Assembly: GCF_009914755.1 (NCBI RefSeq)
Contig: NC_060925.1
Strand: one strand, 5' to 3'
DNA length: 64,000 bases
Source of the DNA: the human T2T-CHM13v2.0 reference genome, Homo sapiens
In this document: in pieces, positions 38,857-54,137 of the stretch
How positions within the stretch are numbered: the first letter of the stretch is position 1
How the letters are laid out: the number at the start of each line of letters is the position of its first letter
The notes under the pieces: generated by a model
Told to the model about the DNA's origin: nothing
The model's input: only the letters and a program-made list of their open reading frames with translations
Databases searched by the model: none
Position numbers and translations under genes: made by a program

Positions 38857-40734
38857 AAGAGGAAAAAAAAAATGGAAGAAACCTTTGGATAGGTTAGGGT
38901 TAGAATCTTTTCTCTCAGCTCAGTTCTTCCCTCTGATTTTAGGAGGAGTCAAATCCCTCTCCTTCCATTTCCAAGTTTAACAGAATCGTCCTAATGTATA
39001 TGCCTCCTTGACACACAAAGTCCCTGAAGCAAGTTTCCACTTTTCTCTGCAAAAGCTCCCTGGAGCGCAGGGAGCTCTTGTCTTGTATCTAGTTAAATGC
39101 CTCGATTAAGGATGTAATCATAGTTGTTTGGCTCTGTAAATCATTTGACCCTCACCTAAAGCAGCCTGGGCCTCTGGGGGGCCCAGCAATGACCATTCTG
39201 AATCTGGGAGGACAGAGTGGAGCTGGAGATGGCTTTCACCCTTAGTGGAAAGACAGCCAGTTTTAGGGGGGGTAATATATTTTTCTTTTTCCCTAGGTTT
39301 TCTTGTCGAGATCGTGTGTGTGCTCACACACACACATGTGTGAGCAAAAGAGAGAGAATAAAAAGAAAGAGGAAAAGGCCCAACAGTGTACAGCAACTGC
39401 TAGCACAAAGGCCAGGGGAGGGACTTGCAGAGAAAGACAAGGAAGTGATTTTGCCCAGTTTAAATCCCACTTGAACCGTGTGGTTTCTGAGTCCTGAACC
39501 TTTTGAGGTTCAAGTTGAGTGCACTCTTGACAAAACGTGATTTTCTGGTTCACATCAAAAAGGCTTTAAAAGACTTCGAAGTCTTTTCCTTAGGACATCA
39601 AACAGTCCACAACAAAGCAGGGTGCTGATGAGATGCGTGCAAATGAACAGATTAAATTCTCTCCTGAGGATTAGATTCTCCTTAAGAAGCATGTGAAGTT
39701 GGAAACTTGGGAGATGGGGCAATGCCAAAACATACTCACACTCTTGGGACCCCAGAGCGCCCTCTCGTCTGTTTACCCCTGGCACCTCCCTGGGCCTGGA
39801 AGCTGACCTTATTTGTTATGAAGTTCACACAGAAGTGCCCAGGGAATTAGAAACTGAAAACAAACTCTTCAGGATTCTCTATCTTGCCTAAGGCAACACT
39901 TATGTCCCCCAGTAAAAGGTGTAAATTAACTTAGAAAAGATAGGTCATTCCTTTGAAAAACTGACAGTTGTTTGGGTGGCTTAGAGCACAATTTTGCTTA
40001 TTGAACGAGCCTCAATCTTCAGAGAAGTAAGTATTTAGAAGACTACTACTGCCTTATGGCAAATGGAATAGCACGCTTTGGGAGTGGCATAGCAAACCAA
40101 CCAATGCGGTAGACTTTCTGTTTCCAAGTGAGCAGCTAAAGCTAAAGTCGATTGCATAGACACAGCTGTGGGTGGGCCAACTGCATGAGCACAGTTTCTG
40201 AGCCAAGCCGCTAAAATATTAATGATTAGCTTTAAGGAGGAGCAATTCTGATTGAGGCCACTCTCCTGTTAGAAACCATAATTAGCAATTAAAATATATT
40301 CTAAAAACTGTTCCAACCAGCAGCTTTTAAATAAATAATTGTCACTGCTGATTGAACTTGTTTTATTTCCCTGTGATTTTTCTTATCTTCCCCCACCCCA
40401 CCCCGCATAACTTACAACCCTGTAAATGCTCAGTAGCTGTTAATATGAGTCTGTCAATACATTTACCATGGTGACTTGGGCTGTATTTGGCGAGCATTTG
40501 AAGAAATCAGTCACTGGTTGGAGGGAGGAAAGACAAGCTGTCGATATCCAGGGAGAAATGCTAATAACCCTGGTGACAAATCGTCCTCTGGATTCTCTAA
40601 GGGTTAAGAAAAAGCACCTCTTAGACCTGGGAGCTCAGGGGTAAGGGATGGTGACTTGTTAGGAAGTGCAGACAGTAGCTGTCATGATCTGCAATGTCCT
40701 TTTCATTGTCTTGCTTTCAACCTCTCAAAACCAC

Positions 40735-40880
40735 AGATGAGTTCTGGAGACAGACAGGCCTGGATTTGAATCCTGATTCAATCCACTGTGTAACTGTGTG
40801 ATCTTGCAACCACTGAACCTTCATTTTCTCATCTGTAAATTAAAGATTGTAATACCTGGCCTCATGAGGGGTTGGGAAAG
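40735..40880 (+). mobile_element. MIR
   Basis: cctggatttgaatcctg...actgtgtgatcttg...ttctcatctgtaaa. Confidence 0.7.
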
Positions 40881-41045
40881 GCCTTAAACAGAGACACTAA
40901 CTTACTGTTTCTCAAACTCTTCTGGGAAAATACACATATAGAAGAAAACTAACTTCTGCCCTCCAGCATTGCAATCGTGTATACAAAGGATCAACTATTA
41001 GAAGTCTTGTTTTTAGCTTAAATTTTTGTAAATTTTGTACTTTAG

Positions 41046-41346
<301 letters not shown>

Positions 41347-41649
41347 TGTACTTCAGTTTTACTTTGTCAAAATAATGTTTTAATATGCCTATCATTAAGT
41401 AAAATTGGTACTCTGGTACGATTCATTAATTCGAGTACTTATTGAATACCTACTAGGTGCCAGGCAATTTTAGGCCCTCCGGATACAGTAATGAATAATA
41501 CAGGTAAGGTCTAGGCTCCCATTGAGCTTACAGCTACATCAGCCAGGGAACCTAGTACTGGATGTTTCTTAGGTGGCCTGTGACCCATTTAAGGAGACAA
41601 AAACCCTATACCAGAGAATCCTATGGACAACCTCCCGCTGGCTATCTGC

Positions 41650-42420
41650 CATGATTTTTAGAGGAGAAAGAGAATAAAACACATAGACAAAAATCATTAG
41701 TATTTTGGTATATATCATTCCAGCTTCCTTTTAATGAGTAGATAATAAATAGATCAGTGTGTTTTGATATAAGTAGGGTCATACCAAATGCTGATTTGTT
41801 ACTTTCTTTTTCACTTTTTCATTTATTACAGATACTACTCTATGTCAACATAAATCTCCATCACCATCACTACTCTTAAAAGCTTAGTATTCCATTGCAG
41901 GGATGCATTACATTTTATTTAACCAATCTCTGGTTGTCTAATTAGGATGTTTCCAGCTTTTCAATATTAGAAACAACATTACAGAGAACATCTTTGTGAA
42001 TTTACTTTTGTCAAGCGTCTGATCATTTTCTTAGGATATATTCTCGAAAGTAGAAATGTTAGATAAAAAGGTAGGCATATTTAAATCTTTATGCCGCTTG
42101 CCGGATTACCTTTTTCTTTATGCTGTTATCAACACATTATGATAAATATTTTTAATCTTTGGCAATTTAGTAGACAAAATGGTTTCTTATTTATTTAATC
42201 TGTATTTCTTTAGTTACTAGTGAAGCTAAACATTTTTTAAAACACTTATTGGGATTAGTTTATCTTCTTTTTTGAATTGCTTATCCATGTCCTTTACAGG
42301 GTTTCCATCTTTTTCTAATTGATTTTAAGAGCTCTTTTTAATAGGAAGGATATTAATCTTTTTTAATCTATAATATTTGTTGCATTTTTTTTCAGTTTAT
42401 CATTTGTCTTGGTACTTTAG
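41650..42420 (-). mobile_element. Old L1 (L1ME-like)
   Basis: ttatttaaccaatctc...ggatgtttccagc...tgtatttctttagttactagtga. Confidence 0.6.
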
Positions 42421-42431
42421 GGTGGTGGAGC

Positions 42432-42537
42432 TTTTTGTTGTTGTTGTTATTTGTTTTTATTTATTTTTATTTTATTTTATTTAGTTTTATGCCTTGTGGA
42501 GCAGGGCTACCCCATAGGCAGTGTGTCCAGAATAGCC
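42432..42537 (-). mobile_element. ~47-nt ERV1 LTR-derived (MER41/MER4-group-like) fragment with an A-rich tail
   Basis: Minus strand reads ggctattctggacacactgcctatggggtagccctgctccacaaggc followed by ~60 nt of A-rich sequence; family call from recalled consensus. Confidence 0.55.
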
Positions 42538-43014
42538 TTAAGTTTTTACTTTTTAACAAGGCATTTTATCATTTTTTTTTCCCTTTTGGCTTATCCTTAG
42601 AAAGCTGTAAGGCCACTTCTAATGAATCCCTAAAGCTATTCAAATGTGCAGTAGTTATCTCAAAGATAGTCCCCAGTTTTGGAAAAAAAATCTAGATCCT
42701 AAGTTCCTGTGGATGTCCACTCAAAGGGAAGATGAGAGGTACCAAGACCTGACAGAGGAGGGCCATAGGGTTTACAGCTAGTGGAAAATACAGACAGACC
42801 AGTCGTTGAAATAAAATGTGATGAGTGAGATAAGAGAAGTGTAGATGCTAGAGACGGGAACAAAAGGGAAACCTAACTGATCCAGGGACACAGGATATGC
42901 ATCCTGGAGGAACAGATGCTCAAGTTAAGGTTTTGTGACTGAGTAGAAGTTAGCTAGGTGAAGAGTGGGGAAATACATTTCACGCAGGTAAGTAGCAAAT
43001 GCAAAGACTTACAG

Positions 43015-43225
43015 TCTAGAACTATAAGTCATGGTAGCCACTGGCCATGTGGGTATATTTACATCTAAATTAATTAAAATTAAATAAAATTAAATTTTTA
43101 TTTCATCAGTCCCATCAGCTACAGCTCAAAGGCTGACTACCCACATGTGACTAGTGGCTACTATATTGGACAGAGCAGGTACTGAACCTTTTCATCATTG
43201 CAGAGGGTTCTGTTGGACAGCTCTG
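43015..43225. mobile_element. MER3-like hAT DNA transposon
   Basis: ggtagccactggccatgtg...aaattaattaaaattaaataaaatt...ccacatgtgactagtggctactatattggacag. Confidence 0.75.
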
Positions 43226-43439
43226 TCCAGAAAGAGCTTGATGCATTCAGGGAACTGAAAAGGGTTCACTCTAGCCAGGTATGCAGTGTGCAAGGGTGGA
43301 GAGTGGCAAAAGATGAAGAGGACATGGCAAAGAATGGAGGGACTTAGTCAAAGCTGACCCTGGCATTGGGGCTAATGTTCCTAGCCAGTTGCTCTTACAG
43401 AGAAAGTAAAGAGGAAATAAATTTAAAATTTACTGTTTA

Positions 43440-43590
43440 ACAGCCCTGCAGGTAGACATTGTCTCCATTTTATATAGTGCAGCTGAGACTCAGAGAATTT
43501 AAGACATTTGACCAATATACAGCTAGTTAGTGGCAGAGCTGGGATTCAAAGACAGACCTGTCTGATGCCAAAAATCTGTGCTCTTCCCTT
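43440..43590 (-). mobile_element. MIR
   Basis: ccattttat...ctgagactcagagaatttaag...agtggcagagctgggattcaaa. Confidence 0.75.
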
Positions 43591-44687
43591 TTTGTCACTC
43601 CAGCAGACTTCAGAAAGCTCTACCCAGTGATCTCTTAGATCAGGATGGAAAGAATTCTGACTAAGAACAGACACCTTCTCAACTTGATGCTTTTTCTGTT
43701 GAGGCAGTATTAATCATGGGTGAGCTTGGGACCCAGCATGGAAGTAAAAGAGCTTAGAGCAGAGCTTTCTTTGGAGCTGTGCCTCCTGTTCCCTGAGTCT
43801 CAAAGAAAAACTCCTCCAGGTGCTCCAGAGGCCTTGACATTAGCCAGATTCAAGGATGAGCTCTTCCCAGGTGCTAACCCTCAGATCAGGACTGCATTGC
43901 CAAGGAGAGCCGCTGGCCTGCGGAGTCCCATGTGAAGCCTGTCAAGGGGGACCCCTGGACATCAGAATATATGACTTGGCTCATCCCCTCACCTAGAACC
44001 TGTTGTGATGGCCACTTCCAAGATATTATCATTGGAAAGAAAGAATGCTGATCCCCAGTTAAAGGGGGGAAATCCTTGCCCTAGTGCAATCCCATCTTGT
44101 CCAGCAGTTGAGAGAATAGTGTGTCAGGCCGTGCCTCCCCATCCCTAAGCAGCCATAGGGACTGAGGCTTTTAATTTGCTGTCACAGCTCCAGGCATTTT
44201 TCTGAGCCAGGAAAGTCATGCCTGGCAGGATGTTAAGGAGAATATTACCATCTGAATGTGAACTCTGGATTAGTCAGTCTCCCTAAATTCAAGATCTAGT
44301 ATTTTCTAGGGTAAATATGGTACCTTCACATTTTCTAAGCTGGCATGAGTGAATGGCTATGTGGGAAGATAAAATGCATGATCATACAGAACAGGAATAA
44401 TAAAGGGTGTAAATCTAAGGAAGAAGTAAAAGACGCAGTCAACATGATAGGGAGGAGGATGAGCCTTGGAGATGAGCAATATTCTGAAAGAAGAGAACAT
44501 TTTAAATGGATGAGGAGGGAGATGCTAGTGGCCTCTGCCTTGAAAGTAAGAAACATTTGTGGAGAACTGGGGAGGAAAGAATTGAGGAGCAGCTGGAAAC
44601 TTAGTGTATGAAGAAGGTTAGTGATCTCAGTTAAATGTAGTGCAGAGAATACTCAAGACATGATAAGAGGAGTCAGCAGCATTTCAT

Positions 44688-44920
44688 CATTCATTCCACA
44701 CATTTATTGAGTACCTACTATGTGCTAGGAGCCATTAGGTCATAAGAATCCAATGTAAAGGAGACCTGACTTCTACCTTCAAGCATCTTACAGTTCTTAT
44801 GGGGAACACAGATATGGAAACAGCCAAATACGTTACATTGAGGTTCACATTTTAAGAGGAATAAGTTATATGGTATAGTTCACAGGAGTAGCACCCAGCC
44901 TAGAATTATTAGGTCAGGAA
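44688..44920 (-). mobile_element. L2 3' end
   Basis: cattcattccacacatttattgagtacctactatgtgctagg. Confidence 0.7.
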
Positions 44921-45049
44921 ACCCTTAAATACTGTCTTTATACTAATGAAACCCAAAATTATAACTCTTAACCTTGACCTTGTCCTCTAAGCTCCACACT
45001 GGTGCACACAGTTGCCTACCTGATGTCCCCAGTTGAATGTTGAAAAGAC

Positions 45050-45366
45050 ATTTCTTTTTTTTTCTTTTTTGACACAGGATCTTGCTCTGCCACCTAAGCT
45101 GGAGTTCATGGCATGCTCATGGCTCACTGCAGCCTCGGCCTCCCTTCCTCAAACTCCCTAGGCTTAGGTGATCCTCCCACCTCAGCTTCATGAGTAGCTG
45201 GGACTTCAGGTGTGCACCACCACGCCTAGTTAATTTTTGTATTTTTGGTAGAGATGGGATTTCGCCATGTTTCCCAGGCTGGTCTCCAACTCTTGGGCTC
45301 AAGCAATCCACTCTCCTCAGCCTCCTAAAGTGTTAAGATTACAGGTGTGAGCCATCGTGCCCAGCC
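45050..45366 (-). mobile_element. AluJ
   Basis: Diverged reverse Alu. Confidence 0.9.
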
Positions 45367-45437
45367 TGCATATTATCTTAAAAAGAGTCCAAAGGAGAGC
45401 TCTTGATTCTTTGCCCCGCTGCCGCACCACTCACACT

Positions 45438-45744
45438 CTTTTTTTTTTTTTTTTTTTTTGAGACAGGGTCTCCCTCCTGTTGCCGAGGCTGGAGTGCAAT
45501 GATGTGGTCTCGCCTCACTGCAGCTTTGACTTCCCAGGTTCAAGCAATCCTCCCAGCTCAGCCTCCTGAGTAGCTGGAGTTACCGGCGTGCACTACCATG
45601 CTCAGCTAATTTTTTTGTATTTTTAGTAGAGACAGGATTTTACCATGTTGCCCAGGTTGGTCTTGAACTCCTGGGCTTGAGTGATCTGCCCATCTAGGCC
45701 TCCCCAAGTGTTGGGATTACAGGCATGAGCCACCATGCCTGGCC
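45438..45744 (-). mobile_element. AluJ
   Basis: Reverse Alu with a long T run. Confidence 0.9.
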
Positions 45745-46528
45745 TACCCCTCTTTAAAAATAAACAAAGCCAGAAATAATCTTGCTTCTTTATGTCTCCC
45801 CATCTCAGATGATAGCACTGTTGTTCACCCAATTGCTTTGGCTGAAAAGTTAGGAACCCTCCCTGTTTGCTTTTCCACTCTTGTACCCAAGGGCCCTCTT
45901 ACTCCACCCTCTTGCCTAGTGGAAATAAGACTTCTCAAATAACTGGTAGTGGCCCAAACCACATTGAACCATTTCACAATTTTGAGACCTAGATATTGAA
46001 TCATTAGGATCCAGAACAAATATCTCTGCTGCTGAGCTTCACTCATGTGTATCTGGCTGCCTTCTAGACTTTTATTCTTGGATGTCGTGTGGGCACTGAA
46101 TACTCAGCAGGACCAAAACCAGATTTACCATCTTCTCCCACTAAACCTGTATCTCCCTTTGTATTGCCTATTTTGATTTATCATGCTAATGTTATTCAAA
46201 TTAGAAACAGGATCCCTCCATTACCTCACCCCTTATAACTAATCAATTTTCATGGCCTAACAATTCTGCTTAATAAATACCTCCATCTGTCCCTACTTCT
46301 TTTCCCATAGTTCATACTCTCCTGCTGTCTTAGCACACTGTTGCAGTAGGCTCCTAACATGCTCTGGCATTAGCATCTGCTGTCTTCCAGTTCATTCCGT
46401 ATACCCTACTGATAAAGGTCTTGCTAACATGCAGACTTGTTCATGTCACCTGCCTACCTAACACACCTCATTCCTATCACAAAAAAAGCCCACAAGTCTT
46501 CAGCCTCCCGTTCCAGGCTCTTTTCTCA

Positions 46529-47167
<639 letters not shown>

Positions 47168-47348
47168 TTATCACACATGTAAACATCCCCAAACAATATA
47201 GTTTTGTATTTTGGGACGTTCAAATGAGAGAGATCATGTTTTTTTTTGTACTGTTTGTGTTTTGCTCTTTCTGTTCTTCACTAAGTTTGTGAGATTCATC
47301 CATATTATTGCATGTAGTTAGAGTTCTTTCATTTTTATTGCTGTGTAA

Positions 47349-47668
<320 letters not shown>

Positions 47669-48199
47669 TACCTTGATTTCTATATCCATTCTGATGGTGA
47701 TATACATTTGGGTTATTTATAATTCTTTGGTTCTTATGAAAAATGCTGCTATAAACATTTTTATGTGTATCCTGGTGTACAGGGCCTGAGTTTCCTGAGG
47801 GTAGAGACCCAAGAGTAGAATTGCTGCCTCCTGGGGAAAGTGTTTCTTCAACTTTACTAGCTAATGTCAAACTGTATTCCCAAGAGGTTCTACCAATTTG
47901 TTCTATTTTTAGCAGTATATAAGAATTTTTGTTGTTTCATGTTCCCACTAGTACTTGATATTGTCAGACCTTTTAATATTTAATCATCTTTCTGGATATA
48001 TAAATTTAGTTTTTGTCTACATTCCCGTGGTTACTGATAAGCTAGAGCACCTTTTCATATGTTTATTGGCCATTTAAATGTTCTCTTTGGTGAAGTGCCT
48101 GTTCAATGTTTTGTTCATTTTTCTGTTGGGTTGTCTCTTTCCTAATTTCTTCATGTAGGCTTAGTATTTCTTCTGTTCAACTATTACAACTCATTAATA

Positions 48200-48855
48200 T
48201 CTCCTATAAATATATATTCTAACTGATCTCTGTATCTCCAGTCTCAAACACTTTGATTCCATCGTCTTCATAGCTACCAGAGTTCTAAGAGAAACCCTGT
48301 TGTTGTAATTCCCGTCCCTAAAACCCTTCAATGACTCTCCATTGCCCTTGAAGTTAAGAGAAGGACAACATGGGCTGTGAGATCCTTGATCATCTACTCT
48401 CTAATTTCTTACTCCGGCTCTTGCTAGATCCTCTCAACTCCCTCCCCCTTCTTTACTGTAACCCCCATCTCTACCAATGCTTGTTGCTCCTTAAACACAT
48501 AAAATTGTTTTACACTTGCATTTGCCATGGTTACCCTTTTTCTTCCCTTTACTCTTAATTGGGAGAATACCTGCACATCTTCTGAAACTCAACTCAAAGG
48601 TCCGCTCCTCTATAAAACCTTTACCAACTCTCCTTCTTATCCCGCCATCTTGTATTCTACGAAACACACTGTCTTTATTTCTAGCAAGGCACCTGTTTAT
48701 TGCATTTATTGGTTAATATGCCTGCCTCTTCCATCATATTATACATGAGTCCTTTCAAGCCATGGGAAGCCCCTTGAAGGTAGAGGAATTGCTTCATCAT
48801 CTTTTTGTTCTTGCGCCTAGCACAGTGTCTGGCACAGAGCAGGATATGATAAATA
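48200..48855 (+). mobile_element. L2 fragment
   Basis: aaaacccttcaatgactctccattgcc...cctagcacagtgtctggcacagagcagg. Confidence 0.6.
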
Positions 48856-49477
48856 GTAGTAATTGTTATTAATGTTATTACTGGTATTGGGTATGATTGG
48901 GTGCCAATCTGTTTTCCTTATTAGACTGTAAATTCCTTGAGGAGCCTGGTACTTGGGTGGCATGTGGTAACATTTGTCTAGTGAATTAATAACTTATGAA
49001 AAACTTCTGAAAATCACAATTGCTTTAAGCAGTATTTGGAGTAGGAACATAAAAACATGAGTATTAAGTTTGCAGAGAAAAAAAAGCTGGTTTACATCCA
49101 TCTCATGAAGATGAAATCTTAGGCTCAAACTAGTTCAAAGTAAAATTTTATAAGAACAAACATAATGTTTTATGCTTCGGTTAAAAAGTAAGGGGTAAAA
49201 GTGGGGAAAGCCTAACTTGTCAGTTCATATAGAAAAGAAGCTCAAATCTGTTATATGGTATTGTCTTTCATCTAAAAAATTAAGTTTTGCAGTGAACTGT
49301 AATTTGTGTGTGAACGTGACTGGGAAAATAAAAATTCTGCTAGAGAGAGTATGATTTGCTTAGCACCTATGTCTGCAGTCTGAAGAGCTTGTCACTGTTA
49401 AAGTGAAATCTTATAGATGTTTCAGCTAAGACTGTCTTTGCTCAAAAAGAGGGACCGGGCCGTTCCTTGGAGTAACC

Positions 49478-49773
49478 TTTTTTTTTTTTTTTTTGAGATG
49501 GAGTCTTGCTCTGTCACCCAGGCTGGAGTGCAGTGGCGTGATCTCGGCTCACTGCAACCTCCACCTCCGGGTTCAAGCAATTCTCCTGCCTCAGCCTCCC
49601 AAGTAGCTGGGATTACAGGCACATGCCACCACGCCCAGCTAATTTTTGTATTTTTAGTAGAGACGGGGTTTCACCATGCTGGCCAGGCTGATCTCAAACT
49701 CCTGACCTCGTGATCTGCCCACCTCGGCCTCCCAAAGTGCTGGGATTACAGGCGTGAGCCACCATGCCCAGCT
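49478..49773 (-). mobile_element. AluS
   Basis: TSD ggagtaacc at 49469 and 49774. Confidence 0.95.
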
Positions 49774-50569
49774 GGAGTAACCATTCTTAAACTGTTTTCA
49801 ATAAGGCATAATGGGTGAAGTTACGCAGATAACACTGTTTCATAGACACACCTGCAGCGATGCATAATTTCTGGTCCATGAGCTCTACCTCCACTTCTTT
49901 CTATCTCTCCCTTAAGAAGATGTATTGTAATGGAAATGAGCAATAGTGAAATTAATTATTATAGTGATAACCTTGATCTGCTCCACATTTTATTTCCTAA
50001 AAAAGCAAATCATTTTTCTAAAGTTCAATACTTTAATTATTAGTGTTAAGAAATTACTATATTCCTGACAATTGACATCTTGTTGAGAACGATATGTACA
50101 GCAGTATATTTTGTTTGTAGGAAGAAGAGAGGCTTTGGAGTCACACCAGCTGTGATTCATATAGCAGTTCAGTCATTGCCCTGTGATCCTGAGCTAGTTG
50201 CTTAATATCTCTGACTTTCATCTAAAAAATAGGCACCTACTTTACAAATTGCTGTCAGGACAATAAATAATTACGTAAAACAGCCAAGATAGTACCTACC
50301 CCCTAAATATCTTTCAAATCTATATACATATCTCTGTTCTCCCCGCTACAGCCCTATTTTAAGTCACTAGCATCTATGTTCTGGATTATTTAGCACCCTT
50401 CTAAATGGTCTTTTGCTTCCAGTCTTGCCTGCCCTAGTTTTGTTCAGAGCAAAGGATGTTGTAAAAGCTGACTTGAACCACTAACAGGTGTGTCCCTGGT
50501 ATGGAGATGAATATGTAGCCGCCATGGATGAATGTGTGGTATGGAGATGAATATGTATCACATGACAGG

Positions 50570-50750
50570 GACTGGTTTAGCATTTTATGCATTATCTCAT
50601 TTAACCCTCACCATAAGCCAGTGAAGTATTATTCACCCTTTAAAAACCGGAGTTTAGAGAAGGTGAGTGACTTGCCCACTGCCACTCTGCTGGGACGTGA
50701 ATAATTCTATGTGTGTCCAGGCCTCTCTGGTTCCAAAGCTGATGCTCTGC
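50570..50750 (-). mobile_element. MIR
   Basis: atgcattatctcatttaaccctcac...agagaaggtgagtgacttgccc. Confidence 0.7.
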
Positions 50751-50937
50751 CCCTGCTTCATGCTGCCTGTGCTGTTCAGTGTTCTAATCCTATTTCTAAG
50801 TCCCTGCCTTCTGGGCTTACTGTACACTCCTGGTAACAGCTTTGCGCGTCGCTTAGCTACGGGGAGATGATGGTGGATGCAAACATCTGATTTTCCTGAC
50901 AGTCACATTCCCTTTAGTATATTAATAAACTGACATT

Positions 50938-51225
50938 GGCCGGGCAGTGTCACGCCTGTAATCCCAGCACTTTGGGAGGCCAAGGTGGGCGGGTCACTTG
51001 AGGTCAGGAGTTTGAGACCAGCCTGGCCAACATGGCAAAACTCTGTCTCTACTAAAAATACAAAAATTAGCTGGGTGTGGTGGTGTGCGCTTGTAATCCC
51101 AGCTACTTGGGAGGCCGAGGCACGAGAATCGCTCGAACCTGCGAGGCAGAGGTTGCAGTGAGCCGAGATTGCCGCACTGCAGCCTGAGTTGACAGCAAGA
51201 CTCCGTCTCAAAAAATAAATAAGTA
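50938..51225 (+). mobile_element. AluS
   Basis: Dimeric Alu with small deletions. Confidence 0.93.
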
Positions 51226-52009
51226 AATCGACATTCTGGTTTTATACTTCAGTTTTTTTCAGACTTAGATGCATGTGCCTGCCTGGGTTCTCTGGACTCT
51301 GACAGGATTGAGTTTCTGGACTAGCAAGGCTGAGGGCCAGACTCTGGTCTTTGATAAATTTGATAAGGGCAATATCATGTGGCACAAGCCTTCTTGCAGC
51401 CAACCTGCTGCTCCAAGCTGCAACTTTCTGATGCCTGCAATTAACCTTGATGACACTGATGAAAAATCTTATTTGGTTTGAAACCTTGATGCTTTTATAG
51501 ACTTTTAGATAGTAACAGAAATGAAGACTGTCTACACTTGGTTTCCTTGAGATTTAGGAAACTTCTCAAGCATTTAATCAACAAACATGTCTTGAGACCT
51601 ATAACAAGGGGAATACAAAGAAATTTAGTGTCTCGCCCTTGCCCTCAAGATGCTTCCAACGTAATTGAGAACATTAGAGTTTTTTTAAGACCCACAATTC
51701 AAAATACCGGATTACAGTACTTTCACATAGTAAACGTTCTGTGTGTCCAAATGGGTTTCAAGTGAATGCTTGATATACCTGAGCCTGACTTTTATGTGGA
51801 AGCTTGATAAATATTTGTTGAATGATTATTGAGTATTGGCCTCCCAGACACTGCTCTCTCCTAGGCTTGACTCTAGCTCTGTCCTCTCCAAGACGCTGCA
51901 GACTTAGGATATTTAGCTACTCACTGTACAACCACACCTCAATGAATCTTCCGTCAGCACCTCAAACTCAACATGTCAAAACTGATTGTATTAACTTTCC
52001 ATGTTTGGA

Positions 52010-52225
52010 GAGGCAGCATAACCTCAAAGTTAGGAGCATGGAGTCTCGGATATTGGTTTTAGTCACAGCTCTAGCTAGCTGAATGACCTGGAGAAAGTCT
52101 CTAAACTGTTCTTTCTTTGTGTGAGGAAATATAGGTTTACTCTTGGGATTCGATGAGATAGTGGATACAGCACATTCAACACGATACCTGCACACAGTCA
52201 GTAATCATTAAATGTTAGCTATTAT
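52010..52225 (+). mobile_element. MIR
   Basis: gttaggagcatggagtct...ctagctgaatgacctgg...taaatgttagctattat. Confidence 0.7.
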
Positions 52226-52346
52226 CATCCATAATTGCCCCCAAAACTTCCAATTTTTCCTGTCTGGTAATGATACCATTATCCACTTGAACCCTCTTCT
52301 TCACGCCATCTCAGCTAAAGAGTTAGCAAAAACTGTATATTCTACC

Positions 52347-52627
52347 TTTTTTTTTTTCCTCACCCTGTCACCCAGGCTGGAGTGTGGTGGTGCTATCACT
52401 GCTTACCGCAGCCTCAAACTCCTGGGCTCTGGTGATCCACCTACCTCAGCCTCCCAAGTAGCTGGGATTACAGGCATGTGCCACCATGCCCAGCTAATTG
52501 TTTTATTTTTTGTAGAGACACGGTTTTGTCATGTTGTCCAGGCTGGTCTCTAACTCCTAGACTCATGTGATCCGCTCCCCTAGGCCTCCCAAAGGGCTGG
52601 GATTGGGGTATGGGCCATGGTGCCCCT
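52347..52627 (-). mobile_element. AluJ
   Basis: TSD tattctacctttt. Confidence 0.9.
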
Positions 52628-52846
52628 CCTATTCTACCTTTTTATTTTCTCTCAGATTATGATTCATTCAACATACACTTATGTGACATCTACCGAATAC
52701 CTAACACATTGCTAGGTACTGAAGTCACAGAGATGAATACTTATCAGTTTCTGTATCTGTAGAAGCAAATACATCTGTACCTGCAGACTTCAGATGATCC
52801 ACGTAACGGAGATACAGAAAGTATGTTTAAAAAAGAAAAATTTCTG

Positions 52847-53433
<587 letters not shown>

Positions 53434-53818
53434 TTATGTATATTTATGTAGATAGAAATACAGTTTTTATACAAATGGGATGATAACCATAAACGTGCTT
53501 CTTCCTTTTTTCACTTAACTATGTGTGTTTTCAATTTTTCCATGTCAGTACATAATAGAATTACCTTATTCTTTTTAACTCCTAAATGGTATTCCATATT
53601 TTGGAACTACCACAATTTATTTGGTTATTTTCCTGTTGGAAGCCTTGTAATTTACTTCCAGTTTTTCATAATTGCAATCAACGCTGCAGCGAACTTTTGG
53701 CACATAGGTTTTTATAGACACATCTAGTTATTTCTGCAAGTTTCTAGAAGTGGAAGTACTGAGTTAAGAGGTGTTTTTGTGAGGCTGTGCTAACTTACCC
53801 TTAAAAAAGACTGTACTT

Positions 53819-54137
<319 letters not shown>

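Noticed and set aside
50497-50557. CRISPR-like repeat-spacer-repeat
   Set aside because: Only two repeats, eukaryotic context, no cas genes
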